This document shows, piece by piece, positions 37,104 through 41,012 of a stretch of DNA of 41,012 nucleotides; the stretch's first letter is position 1, and each line of letters begins with the position of its first letter. Under the pieces are notes generated by a model, which was not told the origin of the DNA, searched no databases, and saw only the letters and a list, made by a program, of their open reading frames with translations. The stretch is from Candidatus Parcubacteria bacterium (lineage in GTDB: Bacteria > Patescibacteriota > Minisyncoccia > Phycocordibacterales > PALSA-1337), in NCBI GenBank assembly GCA_039799225.1, contig JBDLTF010000007.1, positions 1-41,012 of the forward strand, written 5' to 3'. The position numbers were made by a program, and so were the translations under genes.

Positions 37104-38249
37104 TTAGTTCGATTTGTTAACACCTCCGATGAATTCAAGAATTGATTGTGCCCTATTCTTCCAGGAATAAACCTGTACCTCGTGCAAAGCCTTCTCAGCC
37201 CTCTTCTCAGCTTCAGAATAATTATCTAGAACAGCATCGATGGAGTGTGCGAGGCTCAGTGCATCATCTGCAGTGAAGAAGTGTGAATTCGTCTCGTTCA
37301 ATATCTCACGTATGCTTGGCAGATTCGATGCAATGATCGGTCGTCCACTCGCCATATAACCGAAAAGTTTCATCGGTGACGTGTAGAGCTTCGAGATATC
37401 TTCTTTAGCACTGTTCGGAATAATCAGGACATCTGCGGCTTTCTGGTACACCGGCGTCTCTTGGCGCGGTCTGTTACCGAGAATGAGGAGATTCGACATA
37501 TGTCCGAACTCTTTCTTGAATGCGATCACATCATTCTCCACGCCTCCGATGAAAACAATGAGCGCCTCCTGATGCTTCATATGCGGGAAAGCTTGTGCGA
37601 GCGTGCCGGGACCCTTCCATGCGAACATACCGCCTTTGTAGAGAACAATCTTCTTGTCACTCGGCAAACCAAGCTTCGCACGTGCCTCAGCTCGAGATAT
37701 CTCTATATCGAATCGATCAATATCAGCCGCGTCTGGTGCGACGAGAATATTTTTCTCTGATACGCCCATTCCTATATATAAATCTTTGAGACCGGCACTA
37801 ATCATGACCATTTTGACTCTGAGCAGTATCGCCATCCTCACCACTATGTTCTTCTCTCCACCATGACCTTCCCAGGCAACTGTCTTCCCAAGCATGCGCA
37901 AACACACCGCCACCATCTCATCGCGCGTATAGAAAATATGATTCGTCTTGATTAGAGAGAAAAGTGCTGCAAAAAAAGCGAATGAGGCTGTCTGTATAAT
38001 ATGTCCGATTTTTCCAAGCGCCAAACTATTGATACACGGCAACTTGAAGATGCGGAAATTCTCCTTCACATCGTGGTATTGGAAAGGATCCTTGTCTATA
38101 TGATTCTTCCTTCGCGGAACAACCAGCGTGACTTCATCACCCTTGTTTGCAAAAGCTGAACACATCTCCATAACTTGGATACCATGCGCCTTTTCCGTTG
38201 GGAGACGGATGTTAGCGATATATATGATTTTCTTAGGTATTTCAGACAT
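37104..38249 (-). CDS. GT4 glycosyltransferase
   Basis: RLPTEKAHGIQ, ADVLIIPN, TSPMKLFGYMASGRPIIASNLP. Confidence 0.9.
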   Translation of the reverse strand: MSEIPKKIIYIANIRLPTEKAHGIQVMEMCSAFANKGDEVTLVVPRRKNHIDKDPFQYHDVKENFRIFKLPCINSLALGKIGHIIQTASFAFFAALFSLIKTNHIFYTRDEMVAVCLRMLGKTVAWEGHGGEKNIVVRMAILLRVKMVMISAGLKDLYIGMGVSEKNILVAPDAADIDRFDIEISRAEARAKLGLPSDKKIVLYKGGMFAWKGPGTLAQAFPHMKHQEALIVFIGGVENDVIAFKKEFGHMSNLLILGNRPRQETPVYQKAADVLIIPNSAKEDISKLYTSPMKLFGYMASGRPIIASNLPSIREILNETNSHFFTADDALSLAHSIDAVLDNYSEAEKRAEKALHEVQVYSWKNRAQSILEFIGGVNKSN

Positions 38250-39249
38250 GTAGATTCGTTATGATACTCTCTGCAACCTTCTCACTACTATCGAATGGAA
38301 TAATCTCTACTCCTACTTCTCGTGCAACTCCGACATCGGTCGAGATAATCTTACACCCAGCCGCCTGTGCTTCAATAAGAGTCATACCGTATCCTTCAAA
38401 CAAAGACGCATTCAAGAATGCATCGGTGGTTTTGTAATACGAATACAGCGTCGCTTGATCTGCCCACCCTTCGAATATGATCTCATGTTCAACCTTGAGA
38501 TTTGTCGCCAAAGCCTTCAAAAAAGGAAGTTTCGAACCTGAACCGACAATGACCAGTCCTGCCTTCGGAATTTTCTCGATAACCTTCACCCAGGCTTTGA
38601 TTGCCAGTTCTATATTCTTTTCTTTTTCCAAGCGAGAAGCCATCAGAACGATTTTTTCAAACTGAGGATACTTCTTATGCAAATCAGCACCTTCAATAAT
38701 TTGTGCAGCTTTAACCTTCTCTGTATCAACTACTATCGGCTTCACTTCTATCTTTGAAGCATCGATCACAAGCTTCTCAATGAGGAAATCTTTTATTTTA
38801 TTCGACACGACACGGATATGGTCGGCTTTCGGCAAATAATTCAACGCCAAGAATTTCCTGGTCTTATTACCAAGCGTATAGGTGAAATTCGAACTTCCAA
38901 TGTCTGTGTGCACCTGTATTTCAAATTCGATCTGAGGAAACTGCTTCTTAAGCGCAACACCCGTCATAGAGGTTAGAAACGGATCTTGGCAGGTGATATT
39001 CGTAATACCTCTCTTCTCGACGAGGAATCTTCCGAGACGCATGGCCGCAAATGGATTCATCAATTTCGATGACGAGTTTGTCGGGTACGCCCAGCAGTTT
39101 GGAGTGATAACAACTTCACCACCCGATGCACCAAAAACAATAATATGAACTTCGTCCCAGCTCTTCGCGTATTCTTCTTGGCGTGCACGGACTGCGCTCC
39201 CTTCTTGAAGGATTTTGGCGTCGGTCGATATCATCAACAGTTTCTTCAT
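38242..39249 (-). CDS. GT4 glycosyltransferase
   Basis: ASRLEKEKN, EGYGMTLIEAQAAG (EX7E), STDVG. Confidence 0.9.
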   Translation of the reverse strand: MKKLLMISTDAKILQEGSAVRARQEEYAKSWDEVHIIVFGASGGEVVITPNCWAYPTNSSSKLMNPFAAMRLGRFLVEKRGITNITCQDPFLTSMTGVALKKQFPQIEFEIQVHTDIGSSNFTYTLGNKTRKFLALNYLPKADHIRVVSNKIKDFLIEKLVIDASKIEVKPIVVDTEKVKAAQIIEGADLHKKYPQFEKIVLMASRLEKEKNIELAIKAWVKVIEKIPKAGLVIVGSGSKLPFLKALATNLKVEHEIIFEGWADQATLYSYYKTTDAFLNASLFEGYGMTLIEAQAAGCKIISTDVGVAREVGVEIIPFDSSEKVAESIITNLHV

Positions 39250-39255
39250 GCCCGT

Positions 39256-40275
39256 TTAGAGTTTCTTCCAGATGGCGACAATTTCATCTGCGATCTGCAT
39301 CCATGAATGTGAAAATGCGAGCTTCCTTACCTTGTCTGCCTGCGCCGCGCGATTCTTGGGATCAGCGAGCCACACGATCTTGTCGACAATAGCTTTTTTA
39401 TCCTTTGGATTCACATAGAGCGCTGCATCTCCAAGAAGATGCTTGATACCGACTTCTTCAGTGACGATGAATGGTGTGCCACATTTAACTGCATCCAATA
39501 TCATCTGCGGACTAGCGTCGCCGAGGGAAATCAGAATAACCGCGTAAGAACGGTGTATTTTTTCGAGGAAGCTGTCATATACCGCCTTGCCGCAATTGAG
39601 CTCTACAGGGGCAAAATTGGCCCTCTGGAGTGCCTCCTGGGCCTCACCGAAGCACTCTTTGAGGAAGTCCGTATTCTTCCATTTGAGAGGCCTAGTTCCT
39701 GCGACAAACATGCGATTTTCAGGTTCGACAACCGGCTCACGGTCACCACAATAATTCTCGACAACAACATTCTTCGTAGTATCAAGCTTGTATGCTTTCT
39801 CAAAAATATCCTTCTGCCATGCGGTGCTGAAAATAACTTTCGACGCTGAGCGCATCACTGATCCACCAAGTTTGAAAATCATTTTTTCTTTAAGCGAGAG
39901 TTTGCTCATGCTCGTCTCATAGAAATTCTTAAACAAAACTAAATCACTCGTACGCTCAGTGTATGTCTCCCAAAGAAAATCTCCTCCGGTGCGAACAATA
40001 TATTTCTTGCGCATAAGTGCGCAGGCGTACATAGCAGGAACTCCTGAGCTCCAAGTATCGAGAATAAGTATCAAGTCCGCATCCCAACCTTTGCGGATGA
40101 TTTTCAAGAAAAAGAGGATGTGACGAACGAACGGCGGAAATGCACGTTCCCAGCGATATGCGGCAACTTTCACATCGTTGTTAGCACCCTTCCAGGTCTC
40201 ATAAAGGTTACGAGCATACTGAGCCGCACCCCCAATATCTGGCGGATATATACCTGAAGCGATGAGGATTCTCAT
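39256..40275 (-). CDS. GT4-like glycosyltransferase
   Basis: MRILIASGIYPPDIGG, R..KWKN, DASPQMILDA (DX7D variant). Start set to ATG 40275. Confidence 0.85.
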   Translation of the reverse strand: MRILIASGIYPPDIGGAAQYARNLYETWKGANNDVKVAAYRWERAFPPFVRHILFFLKIIRKGWDADLILILDTWSSGVPAMYACALMRKKYIVRTGGDFLWETYTERTSDLVLFKNFYETSMSKLSLKEKMIFKLGGSVMRSASKVIFSTAWQKDIFEKAYKLDTTKNVVVENYCGDREPVVEPENRMFVAGTRPLKWKNTDFLKECFGEAQEALQRANFAPVELNCGKAVYDSFLEKIHRSYAVILISLGDASPQMILDAVKCGTPFIVTEEVGIKHLLGDAALYVNPKDKKAIVDKIVWLADPKNRAAQADKVRKLAFSHSWMQIADEIVAIWKKL

Positions 40276-40368
40276 ATCGAGTAATACTACACTATTTAGC
40301 AGTTTTGTGTACGGGATTGCGACTCCGGAGCCACCGTGATAGCGTGATGTCAGAGGAGAACTAGAACT

Positions 40369-41012
40369 ATGAAAAAACACCCTTTGGGACACATTATCGG
40401 CACATTCCCATACCGTCTGGCTCTTGCTGGAGGATGGTATGACCAGCCATTCATCTCGAAACATGATCCTGATCCGCCAGGGTCAATGGTAGTCGTTCAG
40501 ATCGAGCCGAACTTTCCCGCAATGGAACGTTCTGGTTTGGCGACAAGCACACGCAACACAGCAGCAATACTATGGCATGGCATACTGCCTCGTCGGCCAA
40601 AAGAGACTCTCATGAAGGAGCTTTATGAAGCTGAAAATCGAGGAAAGTCTGCACCGAGTGGATCGCAAGACATGGCCGGACTCATCTACCCGGGAATCAA
40701 CAAGCTCGCGTATCATTACGCCATTAATGGCGGAAAGTTCCCAACAAGCATCACATCCATCGAACATGTTGATAGATTCCGCTGGCTCGAAAAGGTATTG
40801 CACATCCTACCTATCGCTCCACGACCGCTCGGTTACAATCCGCTCTCGAAGAAAAATCTCGACCCTCAGATGATCTCTCGGTTAGGAAGAACGGGGAAAG
40901 AATGCTTCGAAGCCATTTGGAACATGGATTCACGGGCTCTCGGATCGTCATTCAACGATTGTATGCTTTGTTGGGAAAGCATTCTGCCCTGCACGGTCAA
41001 ACATCGTGCCAT
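40369..41012 (+). CDS. GHMP-kinase-like sugar kinase, 3' end outside the window
   Basis: Not in the ORF track. Hand translation MKKHPLGHIIGTFPYRLALAGGWYDQP...ERSGLATST...SGSQD... is open to the window end. GAGGAG at 40353-40358; TTGCGA-17-TAGCGT at 40317-40345. Confidence 0.75.
   Translation, partial: MKKHPLGHIIGTFPYRLALAGGWYDQPFISKHDPDPPGSMVVVQIEPNFPAMERSGLATSTRNTAAILWHGILPRRPKETLMKELYEAENRGKSAPSGSQDMAGLIYPGINKLAYHYAINGGKFPTSITSIEHVDRFRWLEKVLHILPIAPRPLGYNPLSKKNLDPQMISRLGRTGKECFEAIWNMDSRALGSSFNDCMLCWESILPCTVKHRA

Noticed and set aside
1-41012. Alternative genetic code (UGA=Gly); tRNA or rRNA genes
   Set aside because: TGA ends genes cleanly (e.g. 36044, 33507) and conserved genes have no in-frame TGA. 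I recognised no tRNA- or rRNA-like sequence by eye.

Overview
Bacterial chromosome segment using genetic code 11 (TGA is used as stop). Gene style and content suggest Patescibacteria/CPR, probably Parcubacteria (inference). From left to right: (1) a giant minus-strand ORF missing from the supplied ORF track (start 5194, open past base 1, >=1731 codons). It has an N-terminal excisionase/MerR-like HTH, one TM helix, and a long Ser/Thr/Gly-rich, phage-tail-fibre-like repeat region with unique inserts. (2) A small divergent MerR-like HTH gene across an AT-rich spacer with two DnaA-box matches and 10-bp tandem repeats. (3) Housekeeping genes gatB, obg, AI-2E transporter, MTH1-like NUDIX, DUF1653, secA, murB and one orphan ORF. 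(4) Two related ~115-120 bp intergenic palindromes with perfect 44-bp and 38-bp arms. (5) A ~26 kb surface-glycan locus: O-antigen-ligase-TPR, an HTH-led wzm/wzt operon, fused glycosyltransferases, two GT11s, six SAM methyltransferase domains, gmd-colD-like-fcl (probably GDP-colitose), four GT4s and a truncated GHMP-kinase-like gene. Several genes have a TGn-TAnnnT box only 6-8 nt before the ATG, suggesting leaderless mRNAs. The best candidate for an undescribed system is the membrane-anchored HTH-tail-fibre protein with its small HTH partners and the neighbouring glycosylation machinery. All family calls come from reading motifs by eye; no searches were run.
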